Of a stretch of 64,000 nt of DNA, positions 1-11,940 are shown in pieces. The stretch lies in assembly GCA_965153285.1 (NCBI GenBank), contig OZ229114.1; one strand, given 5' to 3'. How positions within the stretch are numbered: position 1 is the first letter of the stretch; each line of letters opens with the position of its first letter. The notes beneath the pieces are model-generated. The model searched no databases. It was not told the DNA's origin and was given only the letters and a program-made list of their open reading frames with translations. A program made the position numbers and the translations under genes. Source of the DNA: Podarcis tiliguerta. Taxonomy: Eukaryota.

Positions 1-627
1 TTGGAATTAATTAAAACAGCTTTAATAAGTCATTAAGGATTAAAATACAATTATAAAATAACATACTAAATATCACAGCTGTTGATCCTGCTTATATTCT
101 CACCTAATTAACAAACCGTAGTTTTTTGTTTTTAATCTTGTTGTTGGTCTGTTAGTGAGAAAACAGCCCTCATGTATTTAACTTCATAGTTATCGTGGAT
201 TGTTTAGAGCAATGCAGGGTGAAGTTCCCCTGCCTTCACTGCTGAAGAACTTATAAAGTGTTTGGATTTTCTATAGGGATTGATTTGGAGAGACAGGCTG
301 AGCTCAATTTTTGAATTAATGAATAGTGAATTATGAATTCATGAATGCCAAAGAGTGAGTTATGTACTCTTTAATATTGCACGATAAATTTACGAGTGCA
401 AAAAAGAGCAACAATCTCTTTGAAAACACCATTTTCAGCATTTAATTCCATTTTGAATCTGCCTCATGCAAATTGCGAAATATTTTGTGTCTAAAAATTA
501 TGTGGATATTTGATTTGACATTGCTTGCAGACCTGCTGCCTGTCAACTGCAAGAGTACCATTTGATTACTTGGAAAAGTTACATTATGAATGTATCAAAT
601 GTAATTCATTCAAAAAGTGAATTTAGT

Positions 628-747
628 GGGTTGTATTCACCTAAGTCCTACGCAGAGTAGACCCATTGATAGTAATGATCTGACATTTGCCATGTTCAGT
701 AACTTCAATTGATCTACTCTGAGTAGCACTAGCATTGAACACCACTC
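628..747. mobile_element. Short palindromic (hairpin) MITE-like repeat
   Basis: Arm 644-669 AGTCCTACGCAGAGTAGACCCATTGA pairs with the reverse complement of 705-730 (about 22/26 matches); a half copy recurs at ~39965-40010. Confidence 0.7.
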
Positions 748-1203
748 TCTCTTTGTGTGTTGTCAATCAATCCCAGTGTGCACTAGTGCTGATGCCCAGT
801 TTTCCTGTATTAGTTCATTCCCCATGAAATAAAAGGGATAGCCAACAAGCACAATGTTTTTCGATGGAGCTGTAAGGTCACTTCACAATGAGAAATGGTT
901 CATGCTTTGCTGTTTGTGAACTTCCAGGTTGTTGAGCTTTGCGACCTTCTTTGTTTGGCAAATGTTTGTTTCTGATAGGTTGTATAAAACCCTTTTATAA
1001 AGCCAAACCTATATGTTCCACCTCTAGCTACCTAAATGTCACTGCATAGGTCAAGACTCTGTGTGGAAAGGGGCAGAATTTCCTCTTTCATACAAAGAGT
1101 GGTTCAAGGTCTGCTAAGCAATAATAGATTTTCAATGTGGCCCCTTCTCTGCTCACAAGGTGCCTAATGGGAAATCAGAGCATTATATATCTGAAAAGCT
1201 GTA

Positions 1204-1226
1204 AATAATAATAATAATAATAATAA

Positions 1227-1257
<31 letters not shown>
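1204..1257. repeat. Compound microsatellite (AAT)8(AAG)10
   Basis: Read directly. Confidence 0.98.
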
Positions 1258-1258
<1 letters not shown>

Positions 1259-1866
1259 TGTGTACCACGGTAAATCATTCATTTCAAGAGCATCTATTGC
1301 TTTGGCCTTGAGCTTGGGGTGTTAACTAATACACATTGGATAGCACTTGTGATCCACCATCCAAATTGGATATTGCAAATAATGGACAGCCTGTGAGAAT
1401 AAAAGGGAAAATACAGACTGAAGGTGAAAGCAGCACACACCAAAAATGTGAGCGATTGTCAGTTACGTTCTCAAAGGAGCTCAGTTAGGAAGGATTTCCT
1501 CTTCTACTAAAACGTTTTGCACCATCCCAGATTTTGGGGCACATAAAAACTAGAAGGTTTTGTTGTTGTTGCTTTTTTTTGCTGTAGGTCAGAAATACTT
1601 GGATGAATTGCTGGTGGCTGCACCTGCTCTCCCTCCAGCCTCTTAGTTAAATGGCAGGTGGATGAACAAATGGTGGCAGTTCAATTAGTTTCTTACCGGG
1701 GCTTCCCTGCAACCCTGTGAGATGTGTGTGCAGGCTGCAATGATGGCCCATTATCCTAGTTTATCAAATACCAGTAAATCTCATCTTTATTTAGAGATTA
1801 ACCATAGGGCTAGTCCTTTGGAAGACTATCACAAGATGTGATATTTAGCTGAATGGTCTTGCATTT

Positions 1867-1932
1867 AACATAAGAAGAGCTCACTGGATCAGGCCACTTG
1901 CCCATCTAGTCCAGCAGCCTGTTCTGACACTC
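1867..1932 (-). mobile_element. CR1 LINE 3' end fragment
   Basis: AACATAAGAAGAGC..CTGGATCAGGCCA..GCCCATCTAGTCCAGCA is the reverse complement of the CR1-type 3' UTR also seen at 16880, 43335 and 50430. Confidence 0.75.
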
Positions 1933-4086
1933 CTTCAGCCTAGCACTGAGTCCAGGCTCTGGTCCAGGGTTTGCATGGCCTCTCCAGATCCAGAGTTTTC
2001 AGAGAAGTAGTGCTGGGCATCATGCTTTAGATTTGCACTTTCCCGCAGTTCATCCCATGCCATCATGGGAAGATTCAGAATCCATGTGTCAAAACAGATT
2101 GAAAAATAGAAAACCAATTGCTATTGTGGAACGTTGCCCTTCAAAATCAATATGCCCAGGGCACCGCGTGCTATACATCTTTATCACAGATGGCAGCGAC
2201 CTACTATTTATTTTGTCTTTCTCCTTTACGGGGCAAATATTAGGTTATAGTAATATTTCACATCTGCTGGAAAAGGGACATCGCTTCACTGTCTTGGTGC
2301 AGTAGTAGCATCTTTGCTGAGAACATGAGTGGTTTTCAAATCTGCACTGCCTATGCACTGCATAGGTAGAAAGGACTCTGTGATCTGAAAATAGAGATGG
2401 TGTATGTAATTCTATAATCCAAGAAAATCTTTAATAAAAAACATTTTTAAAAAGCAGGCAGAGATGTCCTGTGCACTTGAGCCTTCATCAAATATTTCAC
2501 ACGTAGGAAAACAACTGTGTTGCGATAAGCTCAAGCTGGCCAAGTGGCTTTCTCATCAGTCCAGAGTACTGTGGTATTAAATAGCCCAGGCGTTGACGCT
2601 GCTGTTCAAGTCCACTTCTGCTGTAATGCTTGACAGCTAATTTCATTTCCAAGGTAGAAGAAAGTGCTAGGCAAGGGATCTGGGGGGAGACCTGGCTGAT
2701 TATTTAAAATGAATTAGGCGCGATGAAATATTTAGCCTTTAAACAACAAATTTAATATGGTGAATTGCATTTTATTTATTAATGGCTCTTGTGTGGAGAT
2801 TTGTAGAAGGTTTCTGCTGAAGTGCACTGTTGTGATATTGCAAAATATGGTAATTACTCTAATATTTTGATGAATTATTAATAAACGCTGGGCCTAGGAG
2901 GGTAACTCAGTAACAGAGATTTTAAAAATCCATTCGTGGTTTTGGGGAAGGGTATTGCTACTATTTGTTTTCTGCCACACTGCTCTTGACCCCCCCCCCG
3001 ACACAAATATGAAGATGATGTTTTAATATGCATATTTTTAGACTGAGCTACCTGCTATAAGCTTCAGGTATTGAGGGAGATGGATAGACAGGAAATTTAT
3101 ATAAATAAAACAAACAGATAATGAAATTGGATTCAGTTATCACAATTCCCTCCCTTTTGCTTCTCTCCTGACTGCGCTTGGTGGTTTCCCTGGGAGTCAG
3201 AACTTGAAACCACACTATAGAACTCTGAACTTTGATTTTAGGGCACATACCCCTAGAGAGGCAGGCCCTAAAATGTTGTGGGAAATTGTCATAATGTTGC
3301 TTTTGTCGTATTTTGTGGTTGTTGTTTTTTTAAGAAAGGAGTTGATGGGTGTCTGAATTCCACACGATGTTTTGATAGAGCAGGCCAAAACTTTTGCTGC
3401 AGGTCAGTAGGAGCACTATTTTACTACTGAAATAAAACATTCATGCTGTGACAACCCATGTAAATTATAAATGACTTGTCAACAGCTAATAAAGACTTGC
3501 CAACAAGCCTCAGCAGCCAGCTCCTGACAGATGTTTTCTGGTCTTTGGTCTTTAAAGCTCCAGGCAAGCCTATGAATCAGGTGACGAGGAAGTTTGATTT
3601 ACATAGCCAGGCAGCTACTCTTTCTGGTGCCCATCCATTAGGAGGCAAATAAGACCTGTCCATAGCCTTTACTCTAACAAATGACAAAGTGAGAGGTAGG
3701 ATTGCACAATAACATTGTATTGGAAAGGTTTGGCACAGAACAGCCTTGCAGGGACTGTTCTCCCAACCCTGTGCACCAGTGTGACACCAGTGTGACAACC
3801 ATGTCACTGATCACTCTGGTTGGAGAGTGTATCTCAAAGGAGGGGGAACTTCTGGCCTGGGGACGGCAGGGTCTCTCAAAAGGGCATCCCATCATGACCC
3901 ACACCTTCTTGTTCTCACCCTGCCTCTGGGTGGGGATTAGGCTTGAAAAACAACCCTCCACCTGGCTCCAAGTCTAATTACTACGCAGGAGAGATATTTT
4001 CAGAGGGTTGAAGCTGGCGGAAGGAAGGACTCACTGTCTTCTTCCAATATGCTGCAGCCCCTCTCTTCCAGAAGCAGGTCCCACAG

Positions 4087-4155
4087 CATCATCATCATCA
4101 TCTGTTTATTTCTATATCACTTTTTGGCCAAGGCCCCGAAGCAGTGAACAAATTA
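4087..4155 (-). mobile_element. L2-type 3' tail remnant
   Basis: (CAT)n tail followed by a TTTATTT..ATCAC..GCAGTGAACA motif resembling the reversed L2 terminus. Confidence 0.4.
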
Positions 4156-6811
4156 ATACCAGAGAAAATACAATGAAACTACAGTAAATGCAAATGTTCA
4201 ATACAATAAAAATAATCATTGAACTGATAAAATAGCAACAATCCCAGCACACCATGAACCACACTTTATATGTACATTTGTGAATTGCATTTGTGTCCTC
4301 ACCACCACACAATGGCCATTCCCAAAACAATTGTCCTACCCAATAAGCTTTTACCTGGAAGCAGCTGCACCTGTAGTAAAAATTTTACAGGCTAGTTGTC
4401 TCAACCTTCTGGCTCTTCAGCAGTCCTCTTACTGCTATTCACTACTGCTACTTAACAACTAGGTTTGGGGAGGCTGTTTTCAAGCTGAACTGCTGTGTGT
4501 GTGTGCAGCAGTGTAAAATATACAGGGCAGGTGAAGAAGAATTATATGTGACTATCCCCTAGTTCTGATACATCCTGAGATAGATGCTCCAAATCATCCA
4601 AGTGGCACTTCTAGAATTATATTTTTTTGAAGAGTATGGAAGTAAATAATTCCATTTATAACAAAACTGAGAAAACTATTGTCAAGGGATATTGTGTGAG
4701 GTTTTGTACATTGCTTCATTCTGCTTTCTAAATCAGGAACCCCCACCCTATTTCCTCCTTTTCTTTCAAAGCATCTGATTTTGCTGTTGGTGATGGAATA
4801 ACAAAACCACACTTAAACTCCTGTCAAGCCCCTTTCTGATGCAGTTATCTATTACTTATTTTCTGTCTTGTGGAAAATTTGTTCCTCCAAATGCAGGTCC
4901 CCCAAGCTTGTCTACCACTGCACACATGGGCATCCTGCTAGCTTTCAACTGAGTGGATCTGCTGAGTTTACATGTAGGGGATCAGTTGTATGTTTTGTTC
5001 ACCTTTGTGTCCACTTCATATTCAACCCACTTCCATCCTGCCAACACACCTGGGGCAGCTTTGCATTGGCATTTTTGCACAGACATATCGCTGTATGTTG
5101 TACACAGTTCAAAGCCAATTCAAGCTGAAACATCTGAAATGCCAAAGTGATTATGTGAATTCACTCTCATTTTGTTTTTGTTGTGTAGAACAGGCTCATG
5201 TTCTGATAGAGAGAACAGCTTTTCATATCTCAGGAAACATTTTGGAGTCTATTATATTGTAATCCTGAATTTTGTTTTGAGGAGTTATTATTTTACATAT
5301 TGTTTTCTGTTTTGACCTATGGTTGGAACAAGAAAGACTGGCTGGCTGACTTATCTGGGAGTGATGAGCCATTCTGGAGTTTTCTGAGGGCAGTGGTGCT
5401 CTCCTACAGATCTGATTGAGAGGAGGGTGGGAGGACAGATGATAAATGGTAACACTTTCTTTGGTAGGGCCATGTGGCTTATGGAGCTGCAGTTATGCTT
5501 GGGGATGGAGATGAATTCTTACAGATCAACTGAGAGGCAGACAGCAATGTTCTGAGACAATTCAGTGGTATCACTCAGAAGGTGGCAGAGGTGAGGCAAT
5601 CATAAATAGGGGAATAATAAAAATCTATATGGAAATGAAGGCATCCTATCCTACCAATACAGTTCCCCTAGAATTATAAAAGCACAAAGTTACATTGCCA
5701 ATGGACCTCTCAAAGGGCTATCTTGGACCATCTGCCTGACACAGCCACAGATTGCCTTGGTAATCAGGAAAAAAGCAGAATCCAAGTTACAAGTCATTTG
5801 TCAATTCCACCCTTCTGTCTTATAAAACAGGATGTTCCAATAAAATTCCATCTCTTCCTCCCCATGTTTAATCACAGGATATTGATGTTGGGTGAATTAA
5901 CCTGGCCTGCAGTTTCCACATTAGCCACCTAAAGCTCCCACGGAAGAAGCATCCAATTAATTCACTTGTCAAATTACCTCTCCCTTTCCTCTTTGGAATG
6001 CCTCCTGTGTGTTGCCTGGCGACTGGGATAGAGCTGATAGGCATGTATATTTGTAAATACCAGCTATCGTAGAGGTGTGTATGTTGGTTAATACTAGCTA
6101 TCTGCCCCACATCTTCCCAGCTTTATTTACAGTTGACACTGAAAAACAGAGTGTGAGGGAAAGCCCAGACTGTTTCTTTTAAGTCTCTCTCTCTCTCTCT
6201 GGAGTAACTTTCTAGGCTTATTTATTCCTTATGTCCTAATGGACAATGATAACTGGTATCTGTCGACTGTGGTATCCTTGTGGACTGACTCAGTGTGATG
6301 GGTATTGGAGGCACTGCATTATGGTGGTTATGTTTGTATCTTCAGGACTGTGTTCAGAAAGTAGCATAGGTTAAGTGCTTCTCAGCCCCTCAGCACTACC
6401 CCTTGTTAGAACATTCTCCATGGTACTGTGACAGCCAACTTGCCTTTCCTGCTTACCCCATGGGACTGCAGAAAGATGCTTGTGCTGTCTTCTGTGTAGC
6501 TCCCAATATTTTAATCTGGTAGTTTCCAAACTTTGATCTGGTGGTTTCCAAACTACAACCCAAACTGGAAAGGGTGGGATGGAGTGGGAGTGGTGAAACG
6601 TTAAGTCCTGCCTGGCCCTACCACCTCCTCTTCTACTGTCAGTGGGGAAGCCCCCTAGGTAGGAACACCACAATGCACCCACCCAAGTAGTGGACAGGCA
6701 GATGCTATCTTTGATGGCAATCTTTGTGGTCAAACACTCCTATTTTGGGGGGTGGGTCTGGACTGGCATAAGATCATGTGATGGCAGCTAGCCCAATCTA
6801 GGCATCTTTTA

Positions 6812-6880
6812 TCTTGTGAACCACCCTGAGATCTACAGATGAAGGGCAGCATATAAATCTAATTTCATCATCACCACCAT
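6812..6880 (+). mobile_element. L2-type 3' terminus
   Basis: TTGTGAACCACCCTGAGA..GAAGGGCAGCATATAAAT stem-loop terminus plus short tail. Confidence 0.6.
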
Positions 6881-7589
6881 TTTTGCTGCACAGTGAAGAG
6901 GCATTTTTTCACCAGCCCTCCCCCATCTTCTGCCCTGGGTAGTGCAAGTTGTGGATTTGCTCCTGTCTCTGCTGCTCCATAAAGACCATCTCCCTGCTGG
7001 CTAGGGATTAGGATGGCACCCTAATTTCAAAGAAGTCCCTGCAGATCTGCAGAGCCAGCTTCAGGTTTGAGGGAATGGCCATAGAAAATCATGTCCCCTT
7101 CATTAGTGGGCTTGCTCCCAAGTGACTGTGATCAGCAGCTGTAGCAGCTATATTCCATGCGGCACTAGATGGCTGGGTCTAGCTGCCATTTACATTCCTC
7201 ACAATGCCCTGGAACAACATTATATTGGGGGCATTGTGGAGATTATTTCTAAGGCATCCCAGGGGTTCTTGGAACACCCTTTGAAAACTACTGTGCTTTA
7301 AAAAAATATATATTTAAGAAGAATCTGATCCCCCCCCTAATGTAAATAGTTTCATCAAAGAAACCAGCTTTTTAACTGGGGAGGTATTCCTTGAAAGCAG
7401 AAAGTTTGGAAACCACCAGATTAAAATGTTGGGAGTCACACAATAGATGGCACAACCAACTAGTCTTTGGAAATGTTCATAATATATGCTGTTAGAGAGA
7501 GAGGAGAGTCTAAAAACAGATCTTGTTTATACACCTGTATTTTAGTGCTATGATTCATGAAGAAGAAGAAAAGAGGGGTGCTTTAAAAA

Positions 7590-7723
7590 TAGGGATGGGA
7601 AATCCATGACTCTTAAAACATTGTTGGACTACAACTCCCAGTATCCCTGATCATTGGCCATGCTAGCTGATGCTGCTGGATTTTGGAGTCCAGTAACCAG
7701 AGAGCTGCAGATTCTCATCTATG
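7590..7723. mobile_element. Palindromic hAT-like MITE (GGACTACAACTCCCA family)
   Basis: Internal inverted repeat TTGGACTACAACTCC / GGA..TTGGAGTCCAG; same family recurs at least 8 more times in the window. Confidence 0.75.
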
Positions 7724-8836
7724 CTATGTATCTCTAGGTATCTCAGGTTGCTGTATCCACTTACATTACTGGGTTGCAGTACAAAGGGAGTAGACAGTGC
7801 AGAACCCCTGAAATTCCATTGCTCTTCCTAATTCTGAGGAAGTAGCTGTCAGGTGAGTGGCTGATCTTATTCTGTAGCTAATGAAGTTCAAGCTTGTTGA
7901 GACATCGCAACATGTAGATCCTGAGAATGTCTATTTCTCCTACCCAAATATAATCTCCTATACATTATATCATTGGTACTGCTGAACAAGGTATTAGGAA
8001 TTAGCATGGCATCTCTTTAGAAAGCAAGTACTTCTATTGCTGCATTGAAAAGTTTCTGTCAAGCTTTTATTGTTTGGTCACCCATGGATTTTTTTCCTTC
8101 TATGGAAGAGGAATTCTTCCTGTGCTGAGGCTCTGAATCAGGCAGTCATGGAAACCACACTTCTGCCAATTCTGAAATAATGAGACATCCTCAGAGTTAC
8201 TGTGGATTTTCAGCTCATGATGGCCAAGTCCAATAGTGAAGGAATGAGCACCTTACAATCTTAAGACAGGGAATTCTTTCTATCCTATCAGGAACTATCA
8301 TTGCCATCTTTTCTACTTCCAAGTTTCTAGTGATGATGAGCATCCAGTGGAACAAATTACGAAAGAAGAAAAAGACAAGCCAAATGGAGAAAAGGACAAT
8401 GAGACCTGTTCAGCTACAACTCTGAGCAAAGTCTTCTTTCTGAAAGCCAATTTTGTGTTTAACCTCAAGGTCTCTGTTTAGAGGTTTTTTTTCCATTGTT
8501 GAGAAAGCACAGAAAGGGAAATGGTTATGTTTCCTGAACTGGATGAGATTGAGAAGGGATCTGAAATCTTTCAGAAATGGAATTTGTGTCACTGCACCCT
8601 ACTGTCCAATTTGTTTTCTTTCCATTCATTCTTTTTCACATGTCTTCGTCAGAATGCAGCAAAGAGGAATGAGGCTACTCAATTCAAGTGTAATGTGTAA
8701 AGGCTGAATATCTGAGAGACGAGAGCTGGCAAAGCTCTTCCAGTCTTGCTGCCTAACCATTTGTGCATTTACCTTTCCATGACTACACCCAACACTTTGC
8801 ATGTTTTGCATATTCACATATGTGCTATTAAATATG

Positions 8837-9115
8837 GGAAACACTGCGAGCTCTCCAGTTGGATAACAGCCTTTACCAAAGATGTCATGGGCTTTGAAGA
8901 CACTCGAACTCAGGACACAAGGGAGAAACGTGCTAAGAGGAAGGCATGCTTGGCAAATCCATGCCGTGATCAACTCCTGCCTGGGAACCAATGTCCCCAA
9001 CTGTGGAAGGACATGTGGATACAGAATTGGCCTCCACAGTCACTTATGGACCCATTGTTAAAACCGTGTTTATGGAAGACAATCTTACTCGGCTACAAGT
9101 GATCGCCAAAGAATG
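8837..9115 (+). mobile_element. 5'-truncated RTE-clade LINE (ORF C-terminus with C2H2-like motif plus 3' UTR)
   Basis: Translates to W..AFTKDVMGFEDTRTQDTREKRAKRKA..CP(frameshift)CGRTCG.RIGLHSHL; candidate 7-bp TSD AAATATG at 8830-8836 and 9116-9122; highly similar second copy at 22093-22340. Confidence 0.88.
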
Positions 9116-9293
9116 AAATATGTAGTCTAGAATGAAGCATTGCCTTGAGTTCTTTAGAATCTCAGCAGATTTTTAGCCCTCAGGATTTCATCATCTTCTT
9201 TTTCATTTGAAAGCAGTGACTGGTGGGCTTTGGTGTCTAGTGTTGAAGAGGTGCTTTGTGCATCTGATAGGTTTCATTCTTTCTGGGTTCAGG

Positions 9294-9455
9294 GTATGGT
9301 CTGAAGTGTGAAGAAATGTGAGGCCACCACCATGGTGAAGTTAAGCAGGGCTAGGTCTGGTCAGTGCCTGGGTAGATAACTGCCTGGGAAAATATACATC
9401 ATCTTGAGTTGCATGATAGAAAATGGGGTATAAATGCAATAATAAAATAAAATAA
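9294..9455 (+). mobile_element. 5S rRNA-derived SINE with L2-like tail
   Basis: 9337-9390 GAAGTTAAGCAGGGCTAGGTCTGGTCAGTGCCTGG..CTGCCTGGGAA resembles the 5S internal control region; ends GGGGTATAAATGCAATAATAAAATAAA. Confidence 0.75.
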
Positions 9456-11684
9456 ACACACACCTTGTTGCCCTAGTCTCCAGCCATTATAAAAATAAAA
9501 GGAAAAATGGACCAATAAAATATAATGAATTTTACGGATGTTTCAGGTTCTTCAGTTCCATTATGTTAATGAATAGTTTGGATAGTTTCTCATAGGATAA
9601 TGTTACAAGGCACTAAACCTTACAGAAATTGACCAGCAGCTCAAGGTAACTGTGATAACTCAAAATAAGGAAAGAAACTTCATAACCAGCACAGAGAACA
9701 GATCCAAGATTACAATGATTATAGGAACAGCTAGTAAGTAGGAGTGTAGAGACTGAGCTTAATGACTAAGAAAGAGATTTCTATTTTCAACTTAGAAGAT
9801 TTAATTAAATTCTGTCTCACTGCACAGCCCATAATTACCAGTTCCAATGGACATGACTGTATTATTTAACTCTTAGGCTTGTGTTTTGATTCTCCTTTTG
9901 CTGGTCAACTGCCCCCCCATCATAGAATTTAAACTATTAAACCACAAAAAATACCAAAATAAACTAAATTTATCTTGGGCCACCCACAACATGTGCATGA
10001 GATCTTCAGCTAACTTCACCTTGTAAGATGAAATGGTCTAATGTTAACCTGATGACATCACCACACTGGGACCCACATCTTGTTCCGTATCTGAATATAG
10101 GTCTACCTATGGTATAGGTTAAAAATCACTTCCTGCTTAATTCAGCCATTTTTTCACCATCAGGTTTTGAGTAGTATTTAAAACATTTTCCATTGAGTGA
10201 GTGGCCTACAGAGACTTAGCATTAACTTTTTAGCATGAATCATCTTGTTTATTTTCTGCATTGTGGAACTTACCAAGTCACACAGTTCAAAGAGATCTCT
10301 CATTGAGACGATGAAAAGGCTGAATCATGTGCCAGAGTCAACATGGATTCTAAACAGATATGATTTCTCTGCCTGGCACACTTGCCAGTCCCTTTTTCAA
10401 CCCACCACTTTTCCTCTGACAGGTAGACGGGTAACAAACGGAAGGATGAAAAGCTTTTGTGGGAACTCCAGTTGTGATGTTCAGCATCAAAGTTGCTGAA
10501 CCCAGTTTAGGTGTGTAGTTAACATCTCTGCAAGATGTTGAGAGGAGTAACGCATCAATTTATTGGTGTTTATTTGCATGTGTTAGTATATTTAAATACT
10601 GTATCTGCATATTTTGAATTGCCATTGCCTGACACATTGAAAAGCTTAGCAATGGCAACAAAAAAGTCTGTCTGAGTTTAGTCCTTCTATGGATCATTTG
10701 CAAGACCCTTGTTCACATCCCAAGTAAACACCTTGTATTTTTTCTCTGAGAAACTGAATCGGCAGTATCTTTGATATCTTCTGCTACAACTAGCGGTGTT
10801 GCTGAAATTTGTAATAGCCTGGTTTGGTGTACTTATTTCTCCAGCTTGCAATGCTCAGCTGTATTATGAAAACAGCATCATTTCTCAAAGTTCTCTCAAG
10901 CTGAGAATGTAAAAGCAAAATTCTGCATATGCAGAGTCAGCATTCAGACTTATCAAGCTGTCTTGTTGTAGGTGTGTGTGCAAAAGTCCTTTCCCTTTAT
11001 GAAACTCTTGCTTATCACTGTAGGTCTTTTTTGTAGGTGCCTGGTTCTTTAATGTTAATTCTGTATGCTCTTAGATTCTCGTTCCTTGCCAGATTGCCTG
11101 ATCAAGTACCATTTGGGTGGGTTCTGTGGTTGACTTAATTCTCTTAATTATTTTGCATAGAGATGCTAAACAAAGCTCCATGGGCCAGATCTAGGAACAA
11201 GCTATTAGGGGCTTGGTAATGCTTGCCTTGAAAGAGAAGTGAGCATTGGTACACACCTCCCAAAAAAATTCCAGCTTGGATTAGAATCTGAGCTGCAGAA
11301 GATTTCCAGGCTTACCGTTTGAACTTCATTTCAACTTCCAAGATGATAGATGTCTGGCCCCCAAAATAGCCTCAAACCAAAGCACAGGATACTACTTTGA
11401 AGAGCTGTCCCCATGAAAATTGGGCACGGTGCCCAAAACCCACACCCTATGGAGAACTCTTGAGGTATAAGGGGCCCCTGTGAGGGTGGCCTGTAGCCCT
11501 GCCCACAGTTTCTTGGGGACACCTCTAAGCTACAGCCCCCTAGCAAAGCAATGGAAAAATGTCTCCCTTGCTTTGCTAGGAGATTGTTCTTTTGGAGCCT
11601 CATACTGGCTCAGAAGATAGCTGTTTCAGATTTTTGTGGAATTAATATCTGTTTACTTTATGTGGTTGTTGGGCTCCATCCATT

Positions 11685-11765
11685 GTATGGTCTCAAGGCA
11701 TATGAAGCCACAACCTTGCTGAAACTAAGCAGATCTGGATCTGGTCAGTGCCTGCATGAATGGTC
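11685..11765 (+). mobile_element. 5S rRNA-derived SINE, 3'-truncated
   Basis: GTATGGTCT..GCCACAACC..GCTGAAACTAAGCAG..TCTGGTCAGTGCCTG matches the copy at 9294. Confidence 0.65.
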
Positions 11766-11779
11766 TTAGGTTGTGATTA

Positions 11780-11940
11780 ATAGAATCACAGAATCATAGA
11801 ATTGTAGAGTTGGAAGGGACCCTGAAGATCCTCTAGTCCAACCCCCTGCAAGGCAGGAATAGGCAGCTGTCCCATATGAGGATCGAACTTGCAACCTTGG
11901 CATTATCAGCACTGCACTCTAACCAACTGAGCTATCCAGG
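11780..11940 (-). mobile_element. tRNA-Ile-derived SINE with CR1 3' tail
   Basis: Minus strand reads TAGCTCAGTTGGTTAGAGTGCAGTGCTGATAATGCCAAGGTTGCAAGTTCGATCC (tRNA-Ile-like, boxes A and B), then CR1 terminus GGGGGTTGGACTAGAGGATCTTCAGGGTCCCTTCCAAC and 8-bp repeats ATTCTATG/ATTCTGTG. Confidence 0.85.

Noticed and set aside
8325-8480. Charged peptide SSDDEHPVEQITKEEKDKPNGEKDNE as an exon
   Set aside because: A purine-rich tract gives such residues by chance; no convincing donor and no recognisable homology
9337-9390. 5S rRNA gene
   Set aside because: Only partial, diverged similarity with a remodelled 5' part and a LINE-like tail
11868-11940. Functional tRNA-Ile(GAT) gene
   Set aside because: Acceptor and T stems are mismatched and it is fused to a CR1 tail, so it is a SINE head
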